DNA of 62,981 bases, filler included, from Octopus bimaculoides (lineage: Eukaryota), in NCBI RefSeq assembly GCF_001194135.2. It is 7 parts of 5 records of this genome, joined end to end, with 100 filler letters (N's around TTAATTAATTAA, not from the genome) between each part and the next. Parts side by side here need not be neighbours in the genome. Positions count along the whole stretch, not along the records: positions 1 to 11,919 come from NC_068988.1; positions 12,020 to 15,911 come from NC_068982.1; positions 16,012 to 28,496 come from NC_068985.1; 4 more parts are not named here. The stretch is one strand, 5' to 3'. A program made the position numbers and the translations under genes. The notes beneath the pieces were generated by a model that saw only the letters and a program-made list of their open reading frames with translations, searched no databases and was not told where the DNA came from. Below, in pieces: positions 11,591-23,787 of the stretch. The first letter of the stretch is position 1. Each line of letters begins with the position of its first letter.

Positions 11591-11919
11591 ATGGTATGTG
11601 TATATATATATATATATCTTTATAATGGATAGAATCACTTGCACGCTTTCACTAGTTGAAGACAACTAGCATGAGATTCTGTTCGGTTGTAAAAATATCG
11701 GCAATCTGTACTGAAGATAAATAGACACTTTTATTTTGAAAGTGTTGATTTTGAAACTATAGTCTGCAGATAATCGAGGTATGTACAATTTTCACTGGTC
11801 TAGCCCGCCTGTTTTTGCTCTGCTGAATCCGTATTTGAGAATTTTTTAAGTGAGCTTCTTCTAGCATTTTGACAGACCGGTCACTGGTCAATCTTATCTA
11901 TCTATCTATCTATCTATCT

Positions 11920-12019
11920 NNNNNNNNNNNNNNNNNNNNNNNNNNNNNNNNNNNNNNNNNNNNTTAATTAATTAANNNNNNNNNNNNNNNNNNNNNNNNN
12001 NNNNNNNNNNNNNNNNNNN
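11920..12019. other. Artificial assembly spacer (44 N + TTAATTAATTAA + 44 N)
   Basis: Motif at 11964-11975; stop codons in all six frames. Confidence 0.95.
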
Positions 12020-12041
12020 TGCCCTTAATCTGTCTTATAAT

Positions 12042-12148
<107 letters not shown>

Positions 12149-13346
12149 AGAATCGTTAATACATGTGCATCCAACACGTCAGCAGGACACATAGAATACT
12201 CACAGATAAGAAGCGAAAAATAATCTTATACTTTCAATACCACTTGATATGCAAAGGAAGTGGTGGAAGTGGTGGGAGTCTTCTGTTATGTTGCAGCATT
12301 GTGTTGGAATTTGAAGTGGTTCTAAAATTTCCAAACTTGAAGTAAATGTTAGGTTATATCTTGAGACAAACGCATTGCGAACCTTGCCTAATTCAAAAGA
12401 ATGTAAAAATCAGCTTAGAGTTTCCCCTTCCCTAATTTCTTCTTTTCTTTTACTGAAACAGAAATTGTAGTTGCAATACGAAATCCCTGATTGTAAATAC
12501 GAGGAACAAAATGTGAACTTTCAGCATGGTCTCCCGACTAGATAAAGTAACGGCGAAATAACACCCTTCTACGACATTGGATAACAGTGCCAGGATAAGC
12601 TGTAACTAAAAATAGATGGCCCACGCAGACAAAATACACACAAAAAAGTTAAAGCAAAAACAAAAATTAGAGGGAAATTGAACAATACTAAACTAATAAA
12701 AAAAAATTCCTCGTCAAACAAAGAAACAAATACGTTGAAACAATAAAATAATATGTGATAAATCAATTGAACATAAGGAAACTGTGATAGTCGGCGCTAG
12801 TAAATAATAAAAATACTAGTTTAGACAAAGGAGTAAATTTTATTACACCGTTTGAAAACTATAATTAATATGACAAATAGTCATTCCCAATATTTAAAAA
12901 TTTAAGAGTGTAGTAAAAACCAAGATCAGTTATCATGAGAGTTCATATGCCGTGTAACTATTATCTAAACTGTTATGTCTGGGCAGAGTCATTCTCTTTT
13001 AGTACCTTATAATTTAACACACTCACCGGTAAAATTTCCACTTCCTTCTTTTTTATTTAAACATCTTACATAGAGAGAGAACTTCTAGTCGAGAATGCCA
13101 CTCTAGAAGGAAGATGTTCCGAATCCAATACCACGGCACGGCATTTAGGGCTTTCTCCTGTAGCATCGGTTTGACCACTTGTGAGTGGAATTTAGTCGAA
13201 TGAAACTAATGAAAGCATTTGTACGCGCGCGCGCGCACATGGACATGCATGCACGCACGCACACGCATATATATGTACATATATAATATACATATATGTA
13301 TCTATACACGCACACACACACACACACACGCACACATACACACACA

Positions 13347-13429
<83 letters not shown>

Positions 13430-13563
13430 TTCAAAATTGGACAAAAAAGTACAAAAGAGAGAGACAAGTGAGACAACAGCAAACAAGGTTTATTAGATTG
13501 GCATTTAGAACAAAAAAGAAAACGAAGAGAAAAAAATGGTATCTGGATTAACCGTTCCACATG

Positions 13564-13627
<64 letters not shown>

Positions 13628-15058
13628 CTGTGTCTGTGTATGTGTGTTTGCGTCTGTATGTGTGTACATACATAAACGTACATATATACACACATATTAA
13701 CAGGATAGACGTGTGTGTATTTAAATAAGTACGCATAGATGTGTCTTTGAGGTTAGTTCATGTCTATTTTAGCCTAGTGAAATCAGACATTTGGTCGAGT
13801 TACCACCTCAAGCGACAACAGAATAATTACCAGCCGCAAGTAGGTAGTGTTCTCGACTTGATATACGAAGACACCTGACGTTACTACCCTAGTGTTATGT
13901 CAATCCAATCAGCAAATACAGTAAAACAGCAGCGCAAATAATGAAAAAAAATTTAATTTAGCGAAAATATTAGTTTCAAATTTTCGCACAAGGCCAGCAA
14001 TTGCCAAGGAGGAGGTAAGTCGATTACCTCAACCCTATTGATAAGTAAGTATTTCTTTTATCGAAGCCGATAGGATGAAAGCCAAAGTCGACGTTGTCGA
14101 AATTTGGACTCAGAAGGTAAAGAAGGATGATTTGCAGCTAAGCATTTTCTCCGGTGTGCTATAAATTCTGCCAGCTCACCGTCTTATTTAGCAGACATTT
14201 TTATCATACATTCATTGATTTAGATGGAAGCATCGTTAAAGTAGGAGGTAGACGCAGATGAGGACAAGGTGAAGTAGAATGACGTCGCCATACGACGATG
14301 ATAACCTTTAATTATTATTTCCATAAAGTTCTCTCATTTGAGCCGACACTGTTGTTGGTTTGACAAGTAAATGACTGCCAATAGATTATAGAAAATTTTT
14401 TACGTTATATATAAACTTTCGATTGTGTTTTTGTGCGTGTGGATGCCACTGTACGTGTGTGAATGTATCGAGATTGTCTTTCTTATATGAAATTCCAAAG
14501 AATTAAACGGGAAACTTAAATTATATCCAAATAAGAGAGTCTATGAGCAATAGTCAGCATAGTTTTTCCTTGAATATTGATGTGGAATATTTAGCATCTC
14601 AGATAAGTGTTCTTGTGAAATTACGTATAATAATAGCTAAAAATCTCTATCATAATATCAGTGTTCCCTTCTACGATCTACTTGATTTTTTCACACAGTA
14701 TCCTGAGTAAATTAAAACTCAATAATATGATTACATAGAGACTAGACAGACAGCCTTAGGTGTACAAGTAATATAATACACCCACTTTGCACTAAATCCA
14801 AGAAAACAATTCTTAAATTCGCTTTTAATGACCAAGAACGCCAAGAGCTTATGTATGTTCGTTATATTATGAATGTATGTACGCAGTACCTTTGTATATA
14901 TGTATATATACATTATTTACCTATCTCTTTCTCGATTGCTCTCTCTCTTTCTCTTTCTTTTCTCTCCCTCTCTCTTTCTTCTTTGACACACAAATATATA
15001 AGTATGTACTTATGGATGCCTACATACATTTAGTTGGCACGGTAATTATTTTTCTTAA

Positions 15059-15276
15059 ACCTTTAGCGTTCAAGTTATTCTGTCAAATGTTCTAGTTATT
15101 TATCCACAGTTTTGGATTAGTATTGCATTAACTGATAACTTTGCGATTTCACCGATGTGATTGTTTCTATTTAAAATGACACTGTAGGATAGGTGTGAGA
15201 GACTGGAGCTGGCTGGTTTGAACATAAAACAGCTGGAATATTTAGGTCTGATACGCCCGATTTAAATGTTAACGGG
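15059..15276. mobile_element. piggyBac-type non-autonomous element (TTAA duplication, decayed CCC...GGG ends)
   Basis: TTAA|acctttagcgtt ... aaatgttaacggg|TTAA. Confidence 0.5.
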
Positions 15277-15874
15277 TTAAATGTTGATTTAAACTTCTCT
15301 TTGGGAAGTAACCTTTAAAATAACAAAACTCAATAATTAGAAGAAGACTTAATAATTAGAATTAAATATTTTAATAAAATTTGTTTTAATAGGAATTTCA
15401 GGCTTTGTCTGATGGTTTACACTATCAGATTGGTCAAATAAATCATCAGCCAAGATGTATCAGTCAGTTTAATTCTTTATATATTTTAATACGTTGGAAT
15501 TAACGATTTTGTATGTCGCTTATTTACCAGTATGTCGCATTTGCTGCACTAAATTCGATGTAATTCAATATAAAATTTTCATAACTATTGAGAACTTTGG
15601 CAAACTTCGTACGGAAATAAATACCTATTGCATTTACTGCACGTTTATTGTGTGGTTTGTGTGTGTGTGAGTATGTGCTTGTATGTGTTTGTGCGGTGTG
15701 TATGTTTGTGCTTGTGGTACGTGTGTATATGTATTTTTGTTGTATTGTGCTATGTGTGTGTGTGTGTTGTGTGGGGTGTGTGTGATTGGGTGGCTTTGTA
15801 TAAATATCTTTATACATACAGACGCACGCATACACACACATACATATGCATACAGATACATACATATATATATG

Positions 15875-15911
<37 letters not shown>

Positions 15912-16011
15912 NNNNNNNNNNNNNNNNNNNNNNNNNNNNNNNNNNNNNNNNNNNNTTAATTAATTAANNNNNNNNNNNNNNNNNNNNNNNNNNNNNNNNN
16001 NNNNNNNNNNN
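15912..16011. other. Artificial assembly spacer
   Basis: Motif at 15956-15967, 44 N on each side. Confidence 0.95.
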
Positions 16012-16377
16012 TATATATATATATATATATATATATGAATACATGCCACAGATGTTTCGTATTGGCCAATTAAAATACCAAACGGTTTTTTACTGTTTTA
16101 AGACACGTGACTAGTACACGTTATTGTGTTTTAAGTTGTACGTCAAGTTGTTCTGTGCAGTCAAGTGTTAGTTAACAATAGCTGTAAATGCGTCGTGTCA
16201 CGTATAAACCAATGTGACTTAACTTTAATACAGCAGGAAATTTCGTGTACACACAAATATATGTATGTAGACGTGTAGGGAGAAGAGAGAGAGGAGAGAG
16301 AAGAAAAATTACGCCACATTGCCTCAAGACATACACACATTTAACATATTATATAACAATGATAAAAAAAAACTCAC

Positions 16378-16476
16378 CCTATCGCCAACGAAGTAAAGTT
16401 GCTTGCTTTCCAGTCTTGTCTCCATATAATCAAATAGCCTTAGATAAGTTTCTTTGTATTTGGCCTTAAGCTCCTC
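16378..16476 (-). CDS. Sigma-class GST-like, internal exon (EELKAKYKETYLRLFDYMETRLESKQLYFVGDR)
   Basis: Acceptor ttattaaag|GAG and donor AGG|gtgagt, phase 0/0. Ends at the F-x-G-D motif that precedes the GST TLAD box. First and last exons were not found in the window. Confidence 0.85.
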
Positions 16477-16489
16477 CTTTAATAAATAA

Positions 16490-16524
<35 letters not shown>

Positions 16525-18259
16525 NNNNNNNNNNNNNNNNNNNNNNNNNNNNNNNNNNNNNNNNNNNNNNNNNNNNNNNNNNNNNNNNNNNNNNNNNNNN
16601 NNNNNNNNNNNNNNNNNNNNNNNNNNNNNNNNNNNNNNNNNNNNNNNNNNNNNNNNNNNNNNNNNNNNNNNNNNNNNNNNNNNNNNNNNNNNNNNNNNNN
16701 NNNNNNNNNNNNNNNNNNNNNNNNNNNNNNNNNNNNNNNNNNNNNNNNNNNNNNNNNNNNNNNNNNNNNNNNNNNNNNNNNNNNNNNNNNNNNNNNNNNN
16801 NNNNNNNNNNNNNNNNNNNNNNNNNNNNNNNNNNNNNNNNNNNNNNNNNNNNNNNNNNNNNNNNNNNNNNNNNNNNNNNNNNNNNNNNNNNNNNNNNNNN
16901 NNNNNNNNNNNNNNNNNNNNNNNNNNNNNNNNNNNNNNNNNNNNNNNNNNNNNNNNNNNNNNNNNNNNATACATGCATACAGGAATTTGAACTCAGAACA
17001 CAAAGACAGACGAAATATCGCTAAGCATTTCGCCCGGAATGTTAACGATTCTGCCAGCTCGCCACCTTCGTTTAGTCCAACAAATCGACCCAGCACATAA
17101 TTTTTCTTACGTCTGGTATCTATTCTAATGCTCTTTTTGCCGGATCGTTAACTTACGAGGACGTAAACAAACCAACACCCGTTGTCAAGCGGTGAGGCGA
17201 GGGTGGGATGGATGATGAGATGGGGGGAGACGAAAATACGCGCGTGAATCCAAATCTGGTGTGTTGCCTGGACCAATAAATTCCTCTGGTTTTTCGTTAA
17301 ACGAAATACCTGATCTGCGCACGCCACATCTACAGATGATAGCAATTATCCGCACATACTCGCGTGCGCGAACACACACGCATGGACAGACAGACAGACA
17401 GTCAGATAAATATACGGCGGGCTTCCACGCAGATTTCGTCAATCAAATTCATTCATAAGCCGTTGGTCGGTATGAGTCTATTGTAGAAGGCCCAACGTGC
17501 CACTCAGTAGGACAGAATCTGAAACCACGTAATTGCAAAGCAAGCTTATTAACTGCACAGTCATGTCTGCGTTTTAAATCGAAACTGCATACTCTGACCT
17601 GAGTACCAAGAAGCACGACTAATTTTTATTTATTATGTAATTATATATCAAACTGAATGTTATAGATATAATTATACAATGCGCTTTATAAAAACTTATC
17701 TGGGTCAAAGTCACATTTATATACCCACACAAACAAGTTACATAAATATATCATATGTTAAAATGAAATATAATACACATGCTCTTATATAAGAACTATT
17801 TTGACTATCTAAATACACAAAAGCCGTCAAATTCATATAAACACACACAAATATATACCCATATGCAAATATATAAGATACATCTGTATTGACTTTCTCA
17901 CTGGTAATGCCTTTCCCTATTTATGCACAAATATATTCTATTCCCAAGTAAATTACACTTCACGTTCGTGGCTCCAATGAAGCTATAAGGTTATACTCAG
18001 GTACTCAACTATGAGTCCACTACATCTTATAGCAGAAGCAGCTATAAGCTAATGAAGTTCTTAACACAATCGTTTTTTTTTTCCATTGTCATTTCATTTT
18101 CTTATTACCTCTCTATACTCGTCTAACACTTCGTTCTGTTCTACACCAGGTTATTAGTCTCACAATGCCTAAGCGAAATATTAAACACGCACACACACAA
18201 TTCAATTCATCACCTGGATTTCGTAATATATTAAAGAATCAATGAAGTTAAGTACTTGC

Positions 18260-18372
18260 CTTCATACTGTCCGGGGAGAATTTAATTTTAACAAGGCTAT
18301 TAAAAACATCCAAGAAACAATCTATAATCTCATCAATCTTGAAGCATTCGTCCTCATTTTTACCGTAGAAAC
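18260..18372 (-). CDS. Sigma-class GST-like, internal exon (GFYGKNEDECFKIDEIIDCFLDVFNSLVKIKFSPDSMK)
   Basis: Acceptor tttttcag|GT (phase 1) and donor AAG|gcaagt (GC-type). Resembles squid sigma GST DIFNDVVKIKFAP as recalled. Confidence 0.88.
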
Positions 18373-18430
18373 CTGAAAAATATTAAAAATTAAAACATTA
18401 GCTGAGAATAAGTTCGGAGGCTTTGTGAAC

Positions 18431-19010
18431 ACGCGTGGCTTAGTTGAAAGAGCATTTAGTTCATTATTCTGAGGTCGTGGGTTGAATTCCTGGACTGTCG
18501 GCGTGTTGTGTCCTTGAGCAAGGCACTTCATTTTACGTTGCTTCAATCTACTCAGCCGAAAATAAATACTCGCCAGGGGCTGGTGCAGCCCTCTCTCCAT
18601 CCAGCTGTCACATCGTTGATGTTTAACAGCGCCAAAGATGGGAGGACCGGTTGATAGAATATCTATGTTTGCTTGTAACGACAGAGGTATCTAAGGCTTA
18701 GCACTCCGTCGGTCACGACGATAAGTGTTCCAGTTGATCCAATCAAGGGAGCAGCCTGTTCGTGAAAATAACGTGCAAGCTGCTGAGAACTTCATTGACA
18801 CGCGTACCCTTAACGTAGTTCTCAAGGAGGTTTAGCGTGGCACAGAGTATGACAAGGCTGGCCCTTTCAGTTACAGGCACAACTCATTTTTGCCAGCTGC
18901 GAGGAGTGGAGAACGTGAAATAAAGTGTCTTGCTCAAGGATACAACGCACTTCTGGGAATCGAACCCACGACCTTACGATCCTGAGCTGAATACCCAACC
19001 AATAAGCCTA
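18431..19010. repeat. Inverted pair of family C tRNA-type SINEs (+ 18431-18570, - about 18690-19010)
   Basis: ttgtgtccttgagcaaggcacttcattttacg on + versus ttgtatccttgagcaagacactttatttcacg on -; both have cgtggcttag / gggttcgattccc-type heads. Confidence 0.75.
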
Positions 19011-21320
19011 AGACAAATAGCGAAAGCATAGTTACATGTCCATAAACCTTGTGAATGAGTACTGCTCGTTAGAAAATTTGTTTGTACTTAAGTTAATCTG
19101 GATATACTTGGGAAAATGTAGAAGTTCTGGCGGTTACAAAGTCTACCCTCTATTCCAGTGTTTTTCAAAGTTTCTCATAGTGGGGGAGGGAAGGCGAGGA
19201 CTGAAAGAGGGGAACGACTAAATTTCTATGGTTGATAAAATAAAAATGGTTTCCAACTTCTAAAATTTGTCAAAAAACATGACTAAGATATAAGAATTAT
19301 ATGGATACAAATACTAATTTGTTCTTTCATTACTAAACAGGGAAAGGATGGTAATTTGATGAACTTGTTGGTATGCCGGACAAATTGCATTATTTGGTTA
19401 CGGCAATTTACGTTCTGATTTCAAAGCTGACGTCAACTTTGCCTTTCATCCTTTTGGATGAAAGAATTATAAACAATTAATAAAAAGGGAGTGGTGTCTC
19501 AAATTTTCACTGACTATTTTTGTGGGGATGGAGCCTAGTGTTTGTCATTTTGGAAATCGCTGCTGTAATCAACCGTCATCCATTTAAGCCAACAGTGGTC
19601 TCAAATTTTGGAATAAGGCCAGCAGTTTCAAGGGAAAGGGTAAGTCGATTACACAGACCCCAGTGCTCAACTGGTACTTATTTTATCGAACCTGAAACAA
19701 TGAAAGTTAAAGTCGACCTCGGCGAAATTAGAATTCAGAACGTAAAAACGGACGAAATGCCGCTAAGCATTTGTCCTTTGTGCTAACGCTTCTGCCAGCT
19801 CGCCGTCTTCATTTACGCTCATTCTACTGGTATTTATTATATCAATCATCTGAAAATTGGAAATCTGTGTGGACTGATGTATGCAGGATCTGATCTCACT
19901 ACTATATGTGAGTAAATTACTTACAGTAACGTGTCTTTGTTTCACAACGAAACCACTTCATCTATCCTAAACTAGGGACAAAAATGTTCCGCTGTATGTT
20001 TGTTTCAACTACCAATTGTTGTTAATTCCTTTCCGGTAAGCTGCTAATAATGTTTGCCTAGAAAGCTATGAGTATCACAGAGTCGAAATTTCTTTTTTAT
20101 TAGGTCCCAAATGATCGCCATGGAAGTAACATTACTGCGTTGCAAGATATAACTAAGCTGCATAAATATAATTATGTATATAATATTTTGAAATGAGAAA
20201 AATATAAACTGAAATTCTAAATATAAATTTTGATAACTATATTTATATTTATTTATTGGTCAGCAGAGAAAGAAGTACCTATGACCTTTTACAAGGTTAC
20301 GGATACTACATCCTAGACGAGTGAGTAGAAAGGAAGAAACATATCCTCAAACTGGAGACCTGGCCCAAATGCAATCAGTTGGGCCAGACGGGGACTCCGC
20401 TAAAAGACACCTAATGTTCTAAGTGGTAATATTGATCTCAAATTTTGGCTCACGGCCAGAATTGTCGGAGAAGGGTAAGTCAATTACAGAGATGCCTGTG
20501 ATCAACTGGTACCTATTTATCGATCCCGAAAGGATGAAAGGCAAAGTCAATGAAAAAAAAGTTGACCTCAGCCATGATTTGAACTCAGAGCACAGAACAC
20601 CAGAACAGATATCATGAGGATTCTTTTCGATGCTTAAGGTCCAAAAAGTATTACAAATTTTCCTAGTTTAAACTACTAGCATTTATTGGTTAAAATACAT
20701 AAACGCTTTTTAAAATTTATTTTCTAAACTTTATGCACTAACAGCACATAAATAACTCGGGTGTTTGGATAGGGACGGTCGGACCCCATCGCCGCACCTT
20801 CTTGCAAATAAACTTATTATCTAACATTTATTTTAATTCTGTAATCTCCACAAATTCGACAGCAAAAAGTGGAGTCATTTTCATAAATGAGAGCCCTCCC
20901 CCCCATCCTCAGTCGAAATCCTGACACCGCCTATGAAATACACCAACATATTTATAATCTGACCTAAATTTTATATGCTCGAAAGTGCAGTGCTTGGATT
21001 AAAAGTATGTGAAGCATTGCTTTAGAAGCTGTGTTTGTACGCCAAACATAGTAGGCTAAACATAGTAATGAATACGTCTGGAAACAAAATAGAATATNNN
21101 NNNNNNNNNNNNNNNNNNNNNNNNNNNNNNNNNNNNNNNNNNNNNNNNNNNNNNNNNNNNNNNNNNNNNNNNNNNNNNNNNNNNNNNNNNNNNNNNNNNN
21201 NNNNNNNNNNNNNNNNNNNNNNNNNNNNNNNNNNNNNNNNNNNNNNNNNNNNNNNNNNNNNNNNNNNNNNNNNNNNNNNNNNNNNNNNNNNNNNNNNNNN
21301 NNNNNNNNNNNNNNNNNNNN

Positions 21321-21356
<36 letters not shown>

Positions 21357-21604
21357 CATGTCGAGAAGATTTAGCTAGAAGTCAGGGTGTACGGAGCTTG
21401 CGAGTTCATAGAGGCAGTAGACGATGTACTTTGTAATGCAAAAGCCACTTACTATTTTAAATTTGATGTTGATTTTTTTTTAAATGTCAAGGGACTCAGC
21501 CCATCTATGGGATGATATCAAAGGTAGAATATGAATGAGCGATGAATGCTAACACATCAAAGAGGTCATTCTGGACAAAATCTACTCCACCATGACCATC
21601 ATTA

Positions 21605-22060
21605 TCAAGGTGGCGAGCTGGCAGAATCGTTAGCACGCAGGGCAAAATGATTAGCGGCATTTATTCCATCTTTACCTTCTCAGTTCAAATGCCGAGGTTG
21701 ACTTTGCCTTTCATCCTTTCGTGGTCGATAAAATAAGGAGCAGTTAATTACTGGAGTCGACGTAATCAATTTATCCTCTCCCGCCAAATCACTGGTCTCG
21801 TGTCAGAATTAAGACAAAAATTAAGGTAATGAGCTGGTAGAATTGTTAATGCGTCGAGAGCGACATTTCTTTCACCTCCTTATGCTCTGAGTCCAAATCC
21901 TACTGAGGTCAACTTTGCCTTTTATGTTTTCGGAGTCGATAAAATAAGTACAAACTGAAGTATTGAAGTCGATGTAATCGACAAGCCCCACTCCACCCCA
22001 AAAAACTTCAGGGCTTGTGTCTATAGCAGAAAGGATTATTATTGTTATTATTATTATTGT
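21605..22060 (+). repeat. Two tandem family A SINEs
   Basis: ggcgagctggcagaatcgttagc and gagctggtagaattgttaatgc heads, (ATT)n tail. Other family A copies lie near 470-620, 13970-14185, 16980-17070, 19590-19810, 20425-20600, 26470-26670, 28120-28270 and 43915-44105. Confidence 0.8.
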
Positions 22061-22735
22061 GTTGGCTGTGCCTCTCTTTATCTAAAACACCCGTTGCTTT
22101 TGTTGAGAATTTTTTTTTTGTTAAGTCAGACTTTGTGCATTTCTTTGAAAAGGGGATCCAACTGTGAAACGATGGGACAGTAAGTGTAGACCTTATGGGG
22201 CACGTTTCGTATTACAAAATATTTAGCATGGCGTTCCCAAAAAATACGAATGCAAATAGACTGTATGACATAGGAGACATGTCTCTTGCCACTACCACAT
22301 ATACGAGCGAAGGCCTCCCTCCACTTTTTATTTTCTTACCACCACAACCACCAACGCATCTATCAGCGGCAGAAGTTGTAGTGATGTCGGATATGGATGT
22401 CGGAGACTCATTAATGAATGCGAGATTTTCAACAGCAGCAACAACAAAATAAAAATAATAACAACAAAAATTACTAGAATTACGACGATGACGACAGCAA
22501 TGGTAACAACAGCAGCAGTATTTGTAAACTTTTTTCTTTATTACCCACAAGGTGCCAACATAGAGGGGACGACACAATGAATGTGGGGAAGTAATGGGAT
22601 GGGGATGAGTAATAAATAATAATAGTAATAATAATAATAATAATAATAAGAAGAAGAAGAAGACTCCGATATATTCAAGACTTCGTTATAGTTATCCACG
22701 GAACAGGAAATAATATATAAGGTCAGGTTTATAAA

Positions 22736-22763
22736 CTTAGCAACGCCGAGATACACTGCTAAT
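22736..22763 (+). mobile_element. Helitron-type 3' end (decayed hairpin, CTAA, then T)
   Basis: cttagc-aac-gccgag (a perfect stem if the TA was CG), 8 nt, CTAA|t. Confidence 0.5.
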
Positions 22764-22917
22764 TGTATCGAAGCAGTAATCTCATGTTTATGTTACTGAT
22801 CTTAAATAATTTTCTCGCTTAATTATTAACCAAACATTTTGGATATCATATGGGTTATTGTGATCGGATCGCTTATCATTTTTCATTTATTTTGAATGCT
22901 TTACATTAATTGACGTT

Positions 22918-22945
22918 CCCGAGTAATGTTGGGTAAACTGCTAGT
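22918..22945 (+). mobile_element. Helitron-type 3' end (hairpin, CTAG, then T)
   Basis: cccgag-taat-gttggg, 7 nt, CTAG|t, matching the general CCCGxGxAACGCCGGG...CTAG|T form of Helitron termini. Confidence 0.55.
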
Positions 22946-22994
22946 AAACAATAAATAATAAAATACTATAATATGAATAAATGTCATAATTTTT

Positions 22995-23060
22995 ACAATT
23001 TTTCTTTTTCCAAAGAATTTTTCTTTTTCCAAAGAATTTTTCTTTTTCCAAAGAATTTTT
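22995..23060. repeat. 19-bp tandem repeat (caaagaatttttctttttc), about 3.5 copies
   Basis: Read directly. Confidence 0.85.
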
Positions 23061-23108
23061 CTTTTTCAAAACAAATTTTCGACGTCCATTCCGTAGTGAT
23101 ACAATTTG

Positions 23109-23787
23109 GGGATCTTTTTTAAAACGGGGGCCACATTTTTCATTAACGAAACACTTTGAAACTTGGAACACTGGTAGAATGTGTCATATAAAACATCTTT
23201 TTCTCTTAGTCTTCTTAAAAAAAAAAGAAATCCATAAATTATTCCATGTTAAAGTTGTCGTATTTCTGTAATTTCAACCAATCACTGACGTCCATTCAGC
23301 CGATATACATTAAGTGCCGACTACATAAACAAACGATTCTGAAANNNNNNNNNNNNNNNNNNNNNNNNNNNNNNNNNNNNNNNNNNNNNNNNNNNNNNNN
23401 NNNNNNNNNNNNNNNNNNNNNNNNNNNNNNNNNNNNNNNNNNNNCTAACCCTAACCCTAACCCTAGGGTTAAGGTTAGGGTTAGGGTTAGGGTTAAAGCA
23501 AATTTAAAATGAAAAAAGCTAATAAAACGAAGGTATGGAGATTAAATACGCTTTACATCGCTTAATGAGCCAAAGGAGTAAATCTAAACAACTGAATACT
23601 TGTCAGTGATTGGTTGAAATGATCGAAATAAGACAATTTTTTACATGAAATAAATTCGAATACAAAAATATTTTTCTGTTCTATAACACAAAATAGATAA
23701 GTATACGAAGTTTGAAAGTCTTTCGGTACCAAAAACACTACGTAAAACATTAATGAAAAATGTGGCCCCCGTTTTAAAAAAGATCCC
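23109..23787. mobile_element. Foldback/MITE-like element with long inverted arms around a telomere-repeat palindrome
   Basis: Perfect 38-bp inverted repeat 23109-23146 / 23750-23787 and perfect 19-bp inverted repeat 23271-23289 / 23602-23620, both centred near 23446-23448. A 100-N gap lies at 23345-23444. Confidence 0.75.
23445..23496. repeat. (CCCTAA)n-CCCTAGGG-(TTAGGG)n interstitial telomere-repeat palindrome
   Basis: ctaaccctaaccctaaccctagggttaaggttagggttagggttagggttaa, read directly. Confidence 0.95.

Noticed and set aside
11964-11975. TTAATTAATTAA as a homeodomain or PacI regulatory motif
   Set aside because: It occurs only between exactly 44 N on each side; artificial.
15528-15625. 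Possible minus-strand exon GIYFRTKFAKVLNSYENFILNYIEFSAANATYW with AG and GT borders, faintly C-type-lectin-like
   Set aside because: No partner exons found in the segment and the similarity is too weak; an RNA-seq or tBLASTn hit could revive it.
23445-23496. Interpretation as an ancestral telomere-telomere chromosome fusion
   Set aside because: The polarity is (CCCTAA)n then (TTAGGG)n, opposite to an end-to-end fusion, and the tract is embedded in inverted arms.
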